Origin: an uncultured delta proteobacterium
GTDB taxonomy: Bacteria; Myxococcota_A; Polyangia; Polyangiales; Polyangiaceae
NCBI GenBank assembly: GCA_963806225.1
Contig: CAWDXG010000004.1
Span: forward strand, 2,656,001-2,720,000
DNA: 64,000 nucleotides
Direction: 5' to 3'
Part shown: one piece after another, positions 1-9,154 of the stretch
Numbering within the stretch: the stretch's first letter is position 1
Layout of the letters: every line of letters starts with the position of its first letter
Notes under the pieces: model-generated
What the model saw: the letters and a program-made list of their open reading frames with translations, nothing else
The model's database searches: none
What the model was told of the DNA's origin: nothing
Position numbers and translations under genes: made by a program

Positions 1-1216
1 CTGCTGCAACCGCTTCGCGCTCGAAGCGCGCGACCACCTCCGGCAGGTAGGTCATCTCGCGGTGCAGCACCTTGATGGCCACGTCCTTCCGCATGTGGAC
101 GTGCTCGGCGCGGTAGACGGAGCCCATGCCGCCCGAGCCGAGCAGCGCCTCGACGCGGTAGCGGTCGGCCAGCACCTGCCCGATCAGCGCCTCGGCTGCG
201 TCGTCGTCGCCGGATTCGCTCGCCGGCTCCGGGGCATCGACCTCGGGCGCAGCGGCAATCGTGGGCGCGCGCGCCACGCCGCCGTCGGCCGGCGATGCAG
301 TGCCGGCCTTTGCGCCCATCACGGTCGACTGCTCGCTGGAGGTGATCCGGCGCTGGGCGAACGCCGGAGGTCTGTCATCCAGCAGCGCCCGCACGTCTTC
401 CAACATGACCTCTGCATCCGGGTAGCGCGCTTCGCGCGAGAAACCGAGCGCAAGATCCACGACGGCGCACACGCCGACCGGCGTGCCCGGAGCGACGCTG
501 GCGAGCGGCGGAGCGGGCTTCGATGCCATGGCAACGAGCAGCTCGGAATCGTTGTCCGACTCGTGCACCCGACGCCCGGCGATGATGCGGAACATCATGG
601 CGCCGAGCGCGAACAGATCGGTGCGCCCGTCGATCTCCTGGGTCTTGCCCAGAGCCTGCTCCGGCGCCATGTAGGGCACCGTGCCGAGTGTGATGCCAGC
701 ACGCGTCCGGTCCGCCCCGGAGGCGGGATCGAGCAGGCGCGCCACACCGAAATCGAGCAGCTTGACCCGCCCCTCCGCAGTGATGAACAGATTGCCCGGC
801 TTCAGGTCGCGATGCACGACGCCCTCGGCGTGGGCCACGACCAGCACCTCGAGGATCTGCGCCGTGTAGTCGAGCAGCTCCAAAAGAGGCAGGCCGCGCT
901 CGCGCTTGAGCCGCTCGGATAGCGGCTCGCCCTCCAGAAGCTCCATCACGATGTACGCCGATTCCGGGTCCGACGCGCCCTGCTCGATGACCTCGACCAC
1001 GCCGGGGTGCGTGACGCGGCTCGCCGTCGAGCCTTCGCGCAGGAAGCGCGAACGGACTTCCTCGCGCTCGCTCATCTCCGGGTGCAGAAGCTTCACCGCG
1101 GCGGTCTGGCCGTCCGGACCGCGCGCGGCGTAGACCGCGGCGGCCGCACCCGTGCCGAGCAGGCGCTCCAGCGTCCAGCGCCCGCCGATCACCTGCCCTA
1201 TACGCAGTGCGGCCAT
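1..1216 (-). CDS. Ser/Thr protein kinase with two tandem kinase domains (3' end beyond window start)
   Basis: Manual minus-strand translation from ATG 1216: LGTGAAAAVY, AAVKLLH, HRDLKPGN, LLDFG, GTVPYMAPE; after an Ala/Pro linker a second domain starts (RYRVEALLGSGGMGSVY...VAIKVLH) and runs off the edge. Not in the ORF track. Confidence 0.9.
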   Translation of the reverse strand, partial: MAALRIGQVIGGRWTLERLLGTGAAAAVYAARGPDGQTAAVKLLHPEMSEREEVRSRFLREGSTASRVTHPGVVEVIEQGASDPESAYIVMELLEGEPLSERLKRERGLPLLELLDYTAQILEVLVVAHAEGVVHRDLKPGNLFITAEGRVKLLDFGVARLLDPASGADRTRAGITLGTVPYMAPEQALGKTQEIDGRTDLFALGAMMFRIIAGRRVHESDNDSELLVAMASKPAPPLASVAPGTPVGVCAVVDLALGFSREARYPDAEVMLEDVRALLDDRPPAFAQRRITSSEQSTVMGAKAGTASPADGGVARAPTIAAAPEVDAPEPASESGDDDAAEALIGQVLADRYRVEALLGSGGMGSVYRAEHVHMRKDVAIKVLHREMTYLPEVVARFEREAVAA

Positions 1217-1365
1217 CTCGTCGGTGTTCGGCAGTGATCCCTCCGGCTCTTCTTTCGACGCAACAGCCCGGCTGATCCTGACGCCCGGCCGGGCCGAATC
1301 CGGAGCCTAGCCCTCTCCGCGGCGGTGTTCTAGCCGCAGTCCGCCAAGGCGGATTTCGGGGCGCA

Positions 1366-2709
1366 TCATGTGCAGAAGTCGCGCACCACGTCGTACAGCA
1401 CGCGCTGGCCCCAACGGAAGCCCGCCACGAGGATCCGCTCGTTGTGGCCGTGGTACATGCGCGTGAAATTCAGGTCGGGGCCGAGCTCCACCGGCGAGAA
1501 ACCGTAGCAGACCGCGCCCAGCTTCGCGTACGCGAAAGAATCGGTGAAGCCCGGGATCATGTAGGGCACCGGCGTCGCCCCCGGCGCGTGCTCGGCGAGC
1601 TTGTTCACGATCGCGTCGTACAGCGGTGTGTCGGACGAGAACACCGTGCCGTCGTGCTGCATGTGCACGCTGAGCTTCAGGTCCGGGCCGACCACCCGCT
1701 GTACCTCGTCGAGGAACTCCTTCACGCTCCTGCCCGGGATCACGCGCCCGTCGACCTGCACGCTCGCCGACGACGGGATCACGTTCACCTTCTTGCCGCC
1801 CGAAAGGATGGTCGGGGAAGTCGTGTTGCGCAGCATGGCGTTGATGCCCATCGCCTGGTCCGGGTTCTTCTTCCCGATGACGTCAAGCAGGCGCCCGGCC
1901 AGCCGCGACTCCAGCAAGAGCGGCATCAGCTTGTTCTGCGGAAATGGCGCGCCGCGCGCCAGCGTGCGCAGGAAGTTCTCCACCACCGGTGTGTTGTGCT
2001 GCGGCAGGCGCGTGCTGCCGAGCGCGGCGATGGCCCGACCGAGCCGCACCACAGCGTTGTTCGCGTGGGGCATGGAGCCGTGGCCCGGTTCGCCCTCGGC
2101 CGTGATCTCGAACCAGCAGATCCCCTTCTCGCTCACCTGGATCGGGTAGAAGCGCTCGTTGCCCATGTAGATGGTGTGGCCCCCCACCTCGTTCAGCACG
2201 TAGTCCGCTCGCACCAGCTCAGGGTGCTTCTCCACCAGGAACACTGCGCCGCGGTTCGAGCCGGCCTCTTCGTCGGCTACTCCCGCGAAGATCACGTCGC
2301 GCTCGAGCTTCGCGCCCTGGCGCTTGAGCAGCACCAGGGCCATCAGTCCCATCGTGACCATGTTCTTCATGTCGATGGCGCCGCGCCCCCAGATGCAGCC
2401 GTCCGCTTCGGTCGCCGCGAACGGCTCGTGCTCCCAGTGCGCGGGGTCGGCCGGCACCACGTCGAGGTGGCCATTCAAGAGCAGAGGGCCCTTTTTCCCG
2501 CTGCCCTCCAGCCGCGCCACGATGCTGGCTCGCGTGGGCTCGCTCTCGTGGATCTCGTAACGGATCCCCTCGCGGTCGAGGATGCGCGCGATGTAGTCGG
2601 CCGCCGGGCGTTCGTTGCCCGGCGGGTTCGTGGTGTCGATCCGGAGCAGGTCCTTGAACCAGCCGATCGATTCGTCGGTGACAGCCTTCCAGTCGAGAGA
2701 CGCTTCCAT
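1366..2709 (-). CDS. M20/M25/M40 family metallopeptidase/amidohydrolase
   Basis: GHLDVVPA, WGRGAIDMK, ADEEAG, GHGS and HGHNERI motifs; start taken at MEASLDW (ORF track extends to 2772). Confidence 0.9.
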   Translation of the reverse strand: MEASLDWKAVTDESIGWFKDLLRIDTTNPPGNERPAADYIARILDREGIRYEIHESEPTRASIVARLEGSGKKGPLLLNGHLDVVPADPAHWEHEPFAATEADGCIWGRGAIDMKNMVTMGLMALVLLKRQGAKLERDVIFAGVADEEAGSNRGAVFLVEKHPELVRADYVLNEVGGHTIYMGNERFYPIQVSEKGICWFEITAEGEPGHGSMPHANNAVVRLGRAIAALGSTRLPQHNTPVVENFLRTLARGAPFPQNKLMPLLLESRLAGRLLDVIGKKNPDQAMGINAMLRNTTSPTILSGGKKVNVIPSSASVQVDGRVIPGRSVKEFLDEVQRVVGPDLKLSVHMQHDGTVFSSDTPLYDAIVNKLAEHAPGATPVPYMIPGFTDSFAYAKLGAVCYGFSPVELGPDLNFTRMYHGHNERILVAGFRWGQRVLYDVVRDFCT

Positions 2710-2779
2710 GGCGCGCAGGAGCCTACGCGACCAACGGCCGCGCGCGAACCCCTCCTGGTCGCACCCACCCACCCACCGC

Positions 2780-3859
2780 CTAGCCGAGCAGCTTCGTCGC
2801 CAGGAACGAGAGCAGCGGTGCTCCGATGATGACGGCGAAGAGAATCAACCACGCCGCCGGCCGCCCGAAGTTCAGCGTCTGGCCAATGCCGCGGCGCTTG
2901 GGCACAAGCAGCGCGGGGTCGTCGGGCGCGAAGTAGATGAGGCCCTTCGCCTTCCAGCCGGAGGTGTGCGTCCCGAGCACCTCGGAGCCGGCCAGCGCCC
3001 GGATTTCGTCCTGCACGCGCATGAGCGGCCGCAGGTACACGACCAGCGGCAGGAACATCGCGACACCGGCAACCACCAGCGACAGGGCCAGGCCCAGACC
3101 GGGCATGCGCCCGGCGCGCACCGCAATGGCGATCGCGAGCCACATGATGCTGATCGAAAGGTTGGTGCCGATGATGATCCACTCCATGAGCCGCACCATC
3201 AGCGCGCGGCGTTCGCGCTGCAGCGCCGCGTAGCGCTCCGCGTGCTCAGGCGGCAGCGCCCAGCGCTCGCGCGACATACCCCAGGCCACGCCCCACATCA
3301 GAAGCGTATCGAACACCTGGATGAAGCCGAGCCCCCACAGCTCGGTCGGGCTGCCGTAGCGGTTGGCGTGGCCCTGCAGGTCGAAGTGCAGCGGAACGCG
3401 ATCCGGCATGCGCGAGAGGAGCCACAGGAACGCCGCCGCTGTCGCGACGAGCAGCACCAGATTCGCGACCTGGAGCGGCGCCGAGACGTAGCTCGTCGCC
3501 GACGGCTGCTCGCCAAGAGGCACCGTGAAGCGACCCGGCACCCGCTCCACGGGCAGCGAACGCACGAGGCCCACCATCTCGCCCAGCATCCAGGCCGTGG
3601 GCAGGAGCGGCGCCAGGCTCGCCGCGAGCACGAGCGTGCCGCTGGGCTCCGCGACGAACACCAGCGCCGCGGCGAGGAGCGAGACGAGCGCGTTGACCCA
3701 CACGAGGCGCCGCGAGCGCGCGCGGTCCGCGTCGGATAGATCCCGACCCAGATGGATGAAGAACAGCCGCCGCGGATGCGAGACGCGCGCCACCCAGTGG
3801 ATGACGAGCGCCACGCTCGCAATCGAGACAACCAGAGCCATCCTCGCGACCAGCGTCAT
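2780..3859 (-). CDS. DUF1648/DUF5808-type multi-pass membrane protein
   Basis: Several TM segments; MPDRVPLHFDLQGHANRYG and YFAPDDPALLVPKRRGIGQTLNFG motifs; 4-bp overlap with the GntR gene. Confidence 0.8.
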   Translation of the reverse strand: MTLVARMALVVSIASVALVIHWVARVSHPRRLFFIHLGRDLSDADRARSRRLVWVNALVSLLAAALVFVAEPSGTLVLAASLAPLLPTAWMLGEMVGLVRSLPVERVPGRFTVPLGEQPSATSYVSAPLQVANLVLLVATAAAFLWLLSRMPDRVPLHFDLQGHANRYGSPTELWGLGFIQVFDTLLMWGVAWGMSRERWALPPEHAERYAALQRERRALMVRLMEWIIIGTNLSISIMWLAIAIAVRAGRMPGLGLALSLVVAGVAMFLPLVVYLRPLMRVQDEIRALAGSEVLGTHTSGWKAKGLIYFAPDDPALLVPKRRGIGQTLNFGRPAAWLILFAVIIGAPLLSFLATKLLG

Positions 3860-4287
3860 GCTCCACCTCCGTCAGCACCGCCCGCCGCGCGGGCAGCAAA
3901 GAAACGATCCAGCGCGCCGCGGATCAGCTCCTCGATCCGCTTGCGATCCGCTCCAGCGAGCACCCAGCGACTGATCAGGTCGTCGAGCCGCCGCTCGTCG
4001 TCGGGCGCCATCGCCGAGCGATACGGCGCGTCGGGGATACGCACGCGCGCGCTCGCCCCTTGCCGGAGCTCCACGAGCCCCTCGTCGGCAAGCGCCCGGT
4101 AGGCGCGGGCCACGGTGTTCAGGTTCACTCCCACCTGCGAACCCAGCTGCCGCACACTCGGCAGCCCGGCCCCGTCCTCGAGCTCACCGCGAGCCACAAG
4201 TCCCCGGATTTCATCCGCTATCTGTCGATAGACCGGGACTGCACTGTCGAAGTCCACGGTGATCGATGGGTTCGTCTCGGCGGCCAT
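3856..4287 (-). CDS. GntR family (YtrA-like) transcriptional regulator
   Basis: PVYRQIADEI...LPSVRQLG...VNLNTVARAYRAL winged HTH with a short C-terminal domain. Confidence 0.92.
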   Translation of the reverse strand: MAAETNPSITVDFDSAVPVYRQIADEIRGLVARGELEDGAGLPSVRQLGSQVGVNLNTVARAYRALADEGLVELRQGASARVRIPDAPYRSAMAPDDERRLDDLISRWVLAGADRKRIEELIRGALDRFFAARAAGGADGGGA

Positions 4288-4288
4288 G

Positions 4289-4314
4289 TGTCTACTGTAT
4301 GCGTACAGTATACA
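4289..4314. promoter_or_regulatory. Palindromic operator, probably for the adjacent GntR/YtrA regulator
   Basis: TGTcTACTGTA-TGCG-TACAGTAtACA (11-bp arms, 1 mismatch) immediately upstream of the GntR start; minus-strand TTGACA at 4324-4319 and TACAGT at 4299-4294. Confidence 0.65.
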
Positions 4315-4376
4315 GCCGTGTCAAGGGCTTCCGCGGCGCCCGCATCCCGAGCAGAGTCGGTCCTCCGGAGGGCGAG

Positions 4377-5366
4377 ATGGACGACACGGTACTGGTCACC
4401 GGAGGCTGCGGCTTCCTCGGAAGCGCCATCGTGCGCTCGCTCGTCGAGCGCGGGCGGCGCGTGCGCGTGCTCGCGCTGCCCAGCGAACCTACGGACAACG
4501 TCGCGGGGCTCGACGTGGAGATCATGCGCGGCAACGTGCTGTCGCGGCAGGATGCCGAGCGCGCCGTCGACGGTGTGTCGACCGTGTTCCACGCCGCTGC
4601 CATCTACAAGGCGTGGATGCCCGACCCCACACCCATGTACGAGGTCAACTCGAGCGGCACGTTCAACATGCTGGAAGCAGCGCGCCGCACCGGGGCGGGC
4701 GTCGTGTACACCGCGAGCATCGTCGCGCTCGGGCGTCCGACGGAGGGCACGGTCGGCAACGAGGCTACGCCGTACGAAGGCTGGGACATCGACTTTCCGT
4801 ACAGCCGCGCCAAGTACCACAGCTACAACGTCGCCTGCGACTTCGCGCGCTGGGGACTCGACGTGCGCGTCGTGTGCCCGGGCATCGTGTTCGGCCCAGG
4901 TGACATCGGGCCCACGCCGTCCGGCAAGCTCATCATCAACTCGCTCAAGGGCAGCCCACCCGTGTACATGGACGGCGGCGCCAGTTACGTCGACGTGCGC
5001 GACGCTGCGGAAGTGCACGCGCTCGCAGCGGAGAAGGGCCGCGCCGGCGAGACGTATCTCGCCACCGCGCACAACCTGACGAACCTCGAGCTATTGCAGG
5101 CCATCGGCCGCGCCACCGGGAAAGAGCGGCGCTTGTTCAAGATCCCGGTCGGTATGGCCCGCGCCGCGGTCGCCGGGATGGAGCGCGTTGCGCGCCGCAC
5201 CGGCAAGGAGCCGCTGCTCAGCCGCAGCTTCTTCGAGTACAGCCTCAAGCCCTCGTTCTACTCGAACGAGAAAGCCCGCAGCGAGCTCGGCGCCAGCTTC
5301 CGCCCTGTGGACGAGACGATCCGCGATGCCATCACGTATTTCCGCGAGCGCGGACTCCTGCGCTAG
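4377..5366 (+). CDS. NAD-dependent epimerase/dehydratase (dihydroflavonol reductase/HpnA-like extended SDR)
   Basis: VLVTGGCGFLG Rossmann motif, VFHAAA, YSRAK catalytic YxxxK, VFGPGD, YVDVRD. Confidence 0.9.
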   Translation: MDDTVLVTGGCGFLGSAIVRSLVERGRRVRVLALPSEPTDNVAGLDVEIMRGNVLSRQDAERAVDGVSTVFHAAAIYKAWMPDPTPMYEVNSSGTFNMLEAARRTGAGVVYTASIVALGRPTEGTVGNEATPYEGWDIDFPYSRAKYHSYNVACDFARWGLDVRVVCPGIVFGPGDIGPTPSGKLIINSLKGSPPVYMDGGASYVDVRDAAEVHALAAEKGRAGETYLATAHNLTNLELLQAIGRATGKERRLFKIPVGMARAAVAGMERVARRTGKEPLLSRSFFEYSLKPSFYSNEKARSELGASFRPVDETIRDAITYFRERGLLR

Positions 5367-5509
5367 CACGCCGATTGCCATCCGGACCCATGCCGAGCGA
5401 TCGCGCTGACCGCGCCGCGGCCCTACGCCCGCACCCCCTCAAACGTGGAAAATGAATCGGGAAAGGCCGCATCATGACGCGGATCAATCGAGCGTGATAC
5501 CCTGCGTTT

Positions 5510-5761
5510 ATGGTCTGGAACGGGGCTCGCCAGTTGATCCTTCCTGCGGCATTGGCCGTCACCACGTTCGCCGTGGCCGGCGCCATCATGTCCTGCGGCG
5601 GCGGCAGCTCGCCGGCACCGAAAAAGTACACCGCGTGCAAGGATCTACCCAACTCCTACTGCCAGAAGTGCAAGGATTCCCAGGGCGATGTCATCTGTGG
5701 GCCGAGCACGACGAACTGCTACGACGCCAACGGTGGCTGCGTACCCGGCAGTAGTGGTTGA
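5510..5761 (+). CDS. Small Cys-rich secreted or lipo-peptide (83 aa), candidate RiPP precursor
   Basis: Hydrophobic N-terminal signal, lipobox-like IMSC, 7 Cys; stop is 6 bp before the next gene. Confidence 0.65.
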   Translation: MVWNGARQLILPAALAVTTFAVAGAIMSCGGGSSPAPKKYTACKDLPNSYCQKCKDSQGDVICGPSTTNCYDANGGCVPGSSG

Positions 5762-5767
5762 TAGCGC

Positions 5768-7279
5768 ATGGCGGTCCGGTCCGGACCGCGAGTAGCCGAG
5801 ACGATGTCCGACAACGCCCGCTGGCGGCGCGCGAGAGTCGTGCGCATCTACGACACGCTCGACACGACGGTCCTCGTCGGACCCGACTCTCGTGCGCACC
5901 AGCTCCGCGCCGAGTCCGCCGAGCTGGCGAACGCGCTGTTGTTTTTCCTGCTCGAGCCGAGGACCCGCGCGGAAATCATCGAACATGTCGAGGCGCTCAC
6001 GGGAGCGGAGCTCGGCGACGCCGCTGTGGTCGATCAGCTGATCGGGCTGCTTCTCGAGACCGGCGCGATCGAGCCGTTCGAGCCGGAGGACGCGCCGCCG
6101 GTGATCCGCCGGCATCCGCGCGTGGTCCTGGCCCTGTCGGGCGCGGTGAATGCCATGCACGCGCCGGGGATGGTGAAATGGCTGCTCGATCGCGGCTTCG
6201 AAGTGCGGGTAGCGGCCACCAGGAACGCTCTCCGCTTCATCAACACGTTCGCCATCGAGTCGCTGGTGCACCACCCGGTGGCCGCGGATATCTTCGAGGG
6301 CGAGACGCGGGTTCCGCACATCGACCTCGCGACCTGGGCCGAGGCGGTGCTCCTATGGCCGGCGACTGGAACGACCCTGTCCCGGCTTGCGACGGGCGAC
6401 TACGACTCGCTCGTGTCCGCGGTCGCGCTGGCCACCTCGGCACCCGTGGTCGTCGTACCGTCGATGAACGGGGGCATGTACATGAGCTCCGCCGTGCAGC
6501 GCAACATCGAGCAGCTGGTGAAGGACGGCATGCATGTGCTCCATCCTTCGTTCGGCATCGAGGTCGCCGACGCCCCGCTCGAGCGACAGCAGAAGCTCGG
6601 CCCGGCGCCGCCAATCGGAGTCGTGGTGCAGATGCTCGAGACCGTGATCGCGCTCCACCGCGCGGGGCGGAGGTACACCCCGGAAAATGGTCTGGAATGG
6701 GACCAGGTGTACGCATCGCAGCCTCTCGAGCAGCTCCCCTGGTACGCCGAGGCCGCGGATAGGGATCTGATCGAGCTCTTCGACCGGCTGGCCCCCGCGA
6801 AGGCCCTGGTGCTGGATATCGGGACCGGCCTCGGGCAGTTGGCCGTGGCGGCCGCCGAGCGCGGCCACCAGGTGGTGGCGACCAACGTCTCGAAGCGCGC
6901 GCTCGAAGCAGCGGCCGAGCGCGCCCCCGCTTCGCCGGTGCTCTGGCTCGAGGACGACATCACGAAGAGCCGCATCCACCGGCAGTTCAACGTCGCCATC
7001 GATCGGGGCTGTCTACACCTTCTCGAACCCGATGCTGCCGCGCGCTATGCCGAGAGCGTTGCCGCGCTGCTCCGGCCCGGCGGGTTCCTGGTAGTCAAGA
7101 CCCACGACATGAAGGAGGGCGACCGTCACGGCACGGTGCCCTACACGCGCGCAGCGCTCGAGGAGCTCTTCGAGAACGCGTTCGAGATCGTCGAGGAGCG
7201 CGCGAGCGACTTCCCCGGTCCCCACGAGACGCCCGGCGCCCGGCTCTTTGCACTGCGGCGGCGGACTTCTTCAGACTGA
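5768..7279 (+). CDS. Fusion of RRE-like N-domain, HFCD flavoprotein (LanD/EpiD-like) and class I SAM methyltransferase
   Basis: HFCD motifs LALSGAVNA, ATRNALRF, PHIDLATWA, WPATGTTLSRLATG, PSMNGGMY; MTase motifs WDQVY...LPW, VLDIGTGLG, AIDRGCLH, LRPGG. Confidence 0.85.
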   Translation: MAVRSGPRVAETMSDNARWRRARVVRIYDTLDTTVLVGPDSRAHQLRAESAELANALLFFLLEPRTRAEIIEHVEALTGAELGDAAVVDQLIGLLLETGAIEPFEPEDAPPVIRRHPRVVLALSGAVNAMHAPGMVKWLLDRGFEVRVAATRNALRFINTFAIESLVHHPVAADIFEGETRVPHIDLATWAEAVLLWPATGTTLSRLATGDYDSLVSAVALATSAPVVVVPSMNGGMYMSSAVQRNIEQLVKDGMHVLHPSFGIEVADAPLERQQKLGPAPPIGVVVQMLETVIALHRAGRRYTPENGLEWDQVYASQPLEQLPWYAEAADRDLIELFDRLAPAKALVLDIGTGLGQLAVAAAERGHQVVATNVSKRALEAAAERAPASPVLWLEDDITKSRIHRQFNVAIDRGCLHLLEPDAAARYAESVAALLRPGGFLVVKTHDMKEGDRHGTVPYTRAALEELFENAFEIVEERASDFPGPHETPGARLFALRRRTSSD

Positions 7280-7461
7280 CGGCCGCGGAGGCAGCGCACC
7301 CAGGAGTGGGTACGCGGGCCAGGGGCCCCGGCCCGCCACATTGGCGCGGCCCCGGCAGCACGCATTGACAGCCTGTCACCGCGGCCGCGTCCGGAAACGA
7401 CGATCCGCCGGGATTTCCGCCCCGGAGTGGGCTGGCATCGGGCTTGCTCTAGGCAGCCCCC

Positions 7462-9153
7462 ATGCTCGAGCTCGATGTCGTGAGCCTGCTGTTTGCCGTG
7501 TCCGCGGGGTATCTCGGATGGCGGCTGCTGTCGCTGTGCGCGCGCGTCTCCAGGGCGCGGCGGGCCTATCCGCGGGAGCTGCCCGACCTGGCGCGGGAGG
7601 TCGACGAAGAGCGCGACCGCGCTCGCGCGACGCTGCTGGGCTCGGCCGTAGGCGACGCGCTGGGCTTGCCGTTCGAGAACCTGCCGCGCCAGCTGTCGCG
7701 GCGGCGCTTCGGCGACGGGCTCCGCTTCCATCGCGGCGTCGTGCGCTTCATGCGGCGGCCTGGCGACGTGTCGGACGACACGCAGCTCACCATCGCCGTG
7801 GCGCGCAGCATCGATCCGCGCGGCGAGTACCTGCCCGGGCGCTTCTCGGACGAGCTCGCGCAGTGGTGGAGCTACCGCGTCGCCGCGGGCCGCACCACGA
7901 CCCGTGCCGCGCGCCGCCTGCTCGACGGCAGGCACGAGACCGCAAGCTTCAGCCACGGCAACGGCGCTGCCGTGCGCGTGGCGCCACTGGCGCTCGCGCA
8001 TCGCCCGGATCTGGACGAACAGGAGCTGCTCGAGGATGTTGCCCTCAACACGGCCGTCACCCACCAGGGCCACGCCGCCGAATCCGCTGCGCGGTTGGTG
8101 GCGCTGCTGGTGTGGCGCGCAGTGCGCGAGCCGGCCGGCGCAGTCGCCGACCCCGCCGTCGTCGCGCGCTGGATCGAGGCTTTGGCGCATCGCAGCGGCT
8201 TCCCGCTCGATCGCTATCGCGCGGCGCAGAAGCTGGACGCAAGCCTCGAAGAACAGCTCGTCCAGTGCGGGACCTCCGGGCACGCGCTGGTGAGCACCAG
8301 CGCTGTCCTGGTCGCACTGGCCGGCTGCCGCGGCGATTTCGCGCGCGCCATGTCGGCCGTGCTCCGCGCGGGCGGCGACACCGACAGCATCGCCGCCATG
8401 CTCGGAGCGATCCTGGGCGCGAGCCTCGGCACGCGCGCGATTCCGCGCGACCTCGCCGAGCGCGTCCAGCACCGCGCCACATTGATCCATCTCGCCGATC
8501 GCCTGGCTGAGCGCCGTCCGGAGCGGCCCGCACACGTCTCCGGACGCGTGATCGAGATCGACGACGACATCTCGCAGCGCCACGTCGACGCCATCGTCAA
8601 CGCCTGGAACCAGAACTTCATCCCGGCGTGGCTGCTTCTGCCCAGGGGCGTAAGCCGCGCCATCCGCCTTGCCGGCGGGCGACGCGCCCTCGGCGAGGTC
8701 TCGAGGCGCGGCCCGCTGCCGCTCGGGGCCGCAGTCGAGACCACCGCCGGCGAGCTCCGCGCGCGCTGGGTGCTGCACGCCGCGGGACTGGATCTGTCGT
8801 GGCGGGCCTCGCCGGATTCGGTGCGCGCCGCGACGCGCAGCGCGCTCGCGCTGGCCCGCTGGCTCGGCGCGCGCAGCGTCGCGCTGCCGCTCATCGGCGC
8901 GGGCACCGGCGGCCTCCGGCCCGCGCTGGTGCGCCGCATCATGCTCGAGGAGCTGGAGCTCGGCCGCGATCACTTCGATCGACTGGAGCTGGTGTGCCCG
9001 CTCAATCCCGCTCCGGAGCGCATCGCGCGGGAGATCCGCATTTCGCGTGCGGTGACGCGCGAGCCGGTCCTTCCTCCGCCCTATCCCCCGGCTTCCGCAG
9101 AGCGTCCTTCCCACGCGCCCACGCGCTCGCCGGCGCGGGCATCGCTCTGGTAG
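7462..9153 (+). CDS. ADP-ribosylglycohydrolase fused to a macrodomain, with N-terminal TM helix
   Basis: ARH motifs GSAVGDALG, SDDTQ, GNGAAVR, GGDTDSIAAMLGA; macro motifs DIS...VDAIVNA, GVSRAI, VLHAAG, SVALPLIGAGTGG. Confidence 0.88.
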   Translation: MLELDVVSLLFAVSAGYLGWRLLSLCARVSRARRAYPRELPDLAREVDEERDRARATLLGSAVGDALGLPFENLPRQLSRRRFGDGLRFHRGVVRFMRRPGDVSDDTQLTIAVARSIDPRGEYLPGRFSDELAQWWSYRVAAGRTTTRAARRLLDGRHETASFSHGNGAAVRVAPLALAHRPDLDEQELLEDVALNTAVTHQGHAAESAARLVALLVWRAVREPAGAVADPAVVARWIEALAHRSGFPLDRYRAAQKLDASLEEQLVQCGTSGHALVSTSAVLVALAGCRGDFARAMSAVLRAGGDTDSIAAMLGAILGASLGTRAIPRDLAERVQHRATLIHLADRLAERRPERPAHVSGRVIEIDDDISQRHVDAIVNAWNQNFIPAWLLLPRGVSRAIRLAGGRRALGEVSRRGPLPLGAAVETTAGELRARWVLHAAGLDLSWRASPDSVRAATRSALALARWLGARSVALPLIGAGTGGLRPALVRRIMLEELELGRDHFDRLELVCPLNPAPERIAREIRISRAVTREPVLPPPYPPASAERPSHAPTRSPARASLW

Positions 9154-9154
9154 C

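Noticed and set aside
4293..4310. SOS (LexA) box-like TACTGTA...TACAGTA
   Set aside because: Spacing is CTGT-N6-ACAG, not N8; its position at the GntR start favours a GntR operator
5768..7279. Annotation as coenzyme A biosynthesis CoaBC
   Set aside because: No CoaB domain, no ACG clamp cysteine, and extra N-terminal and methyltransferase domains
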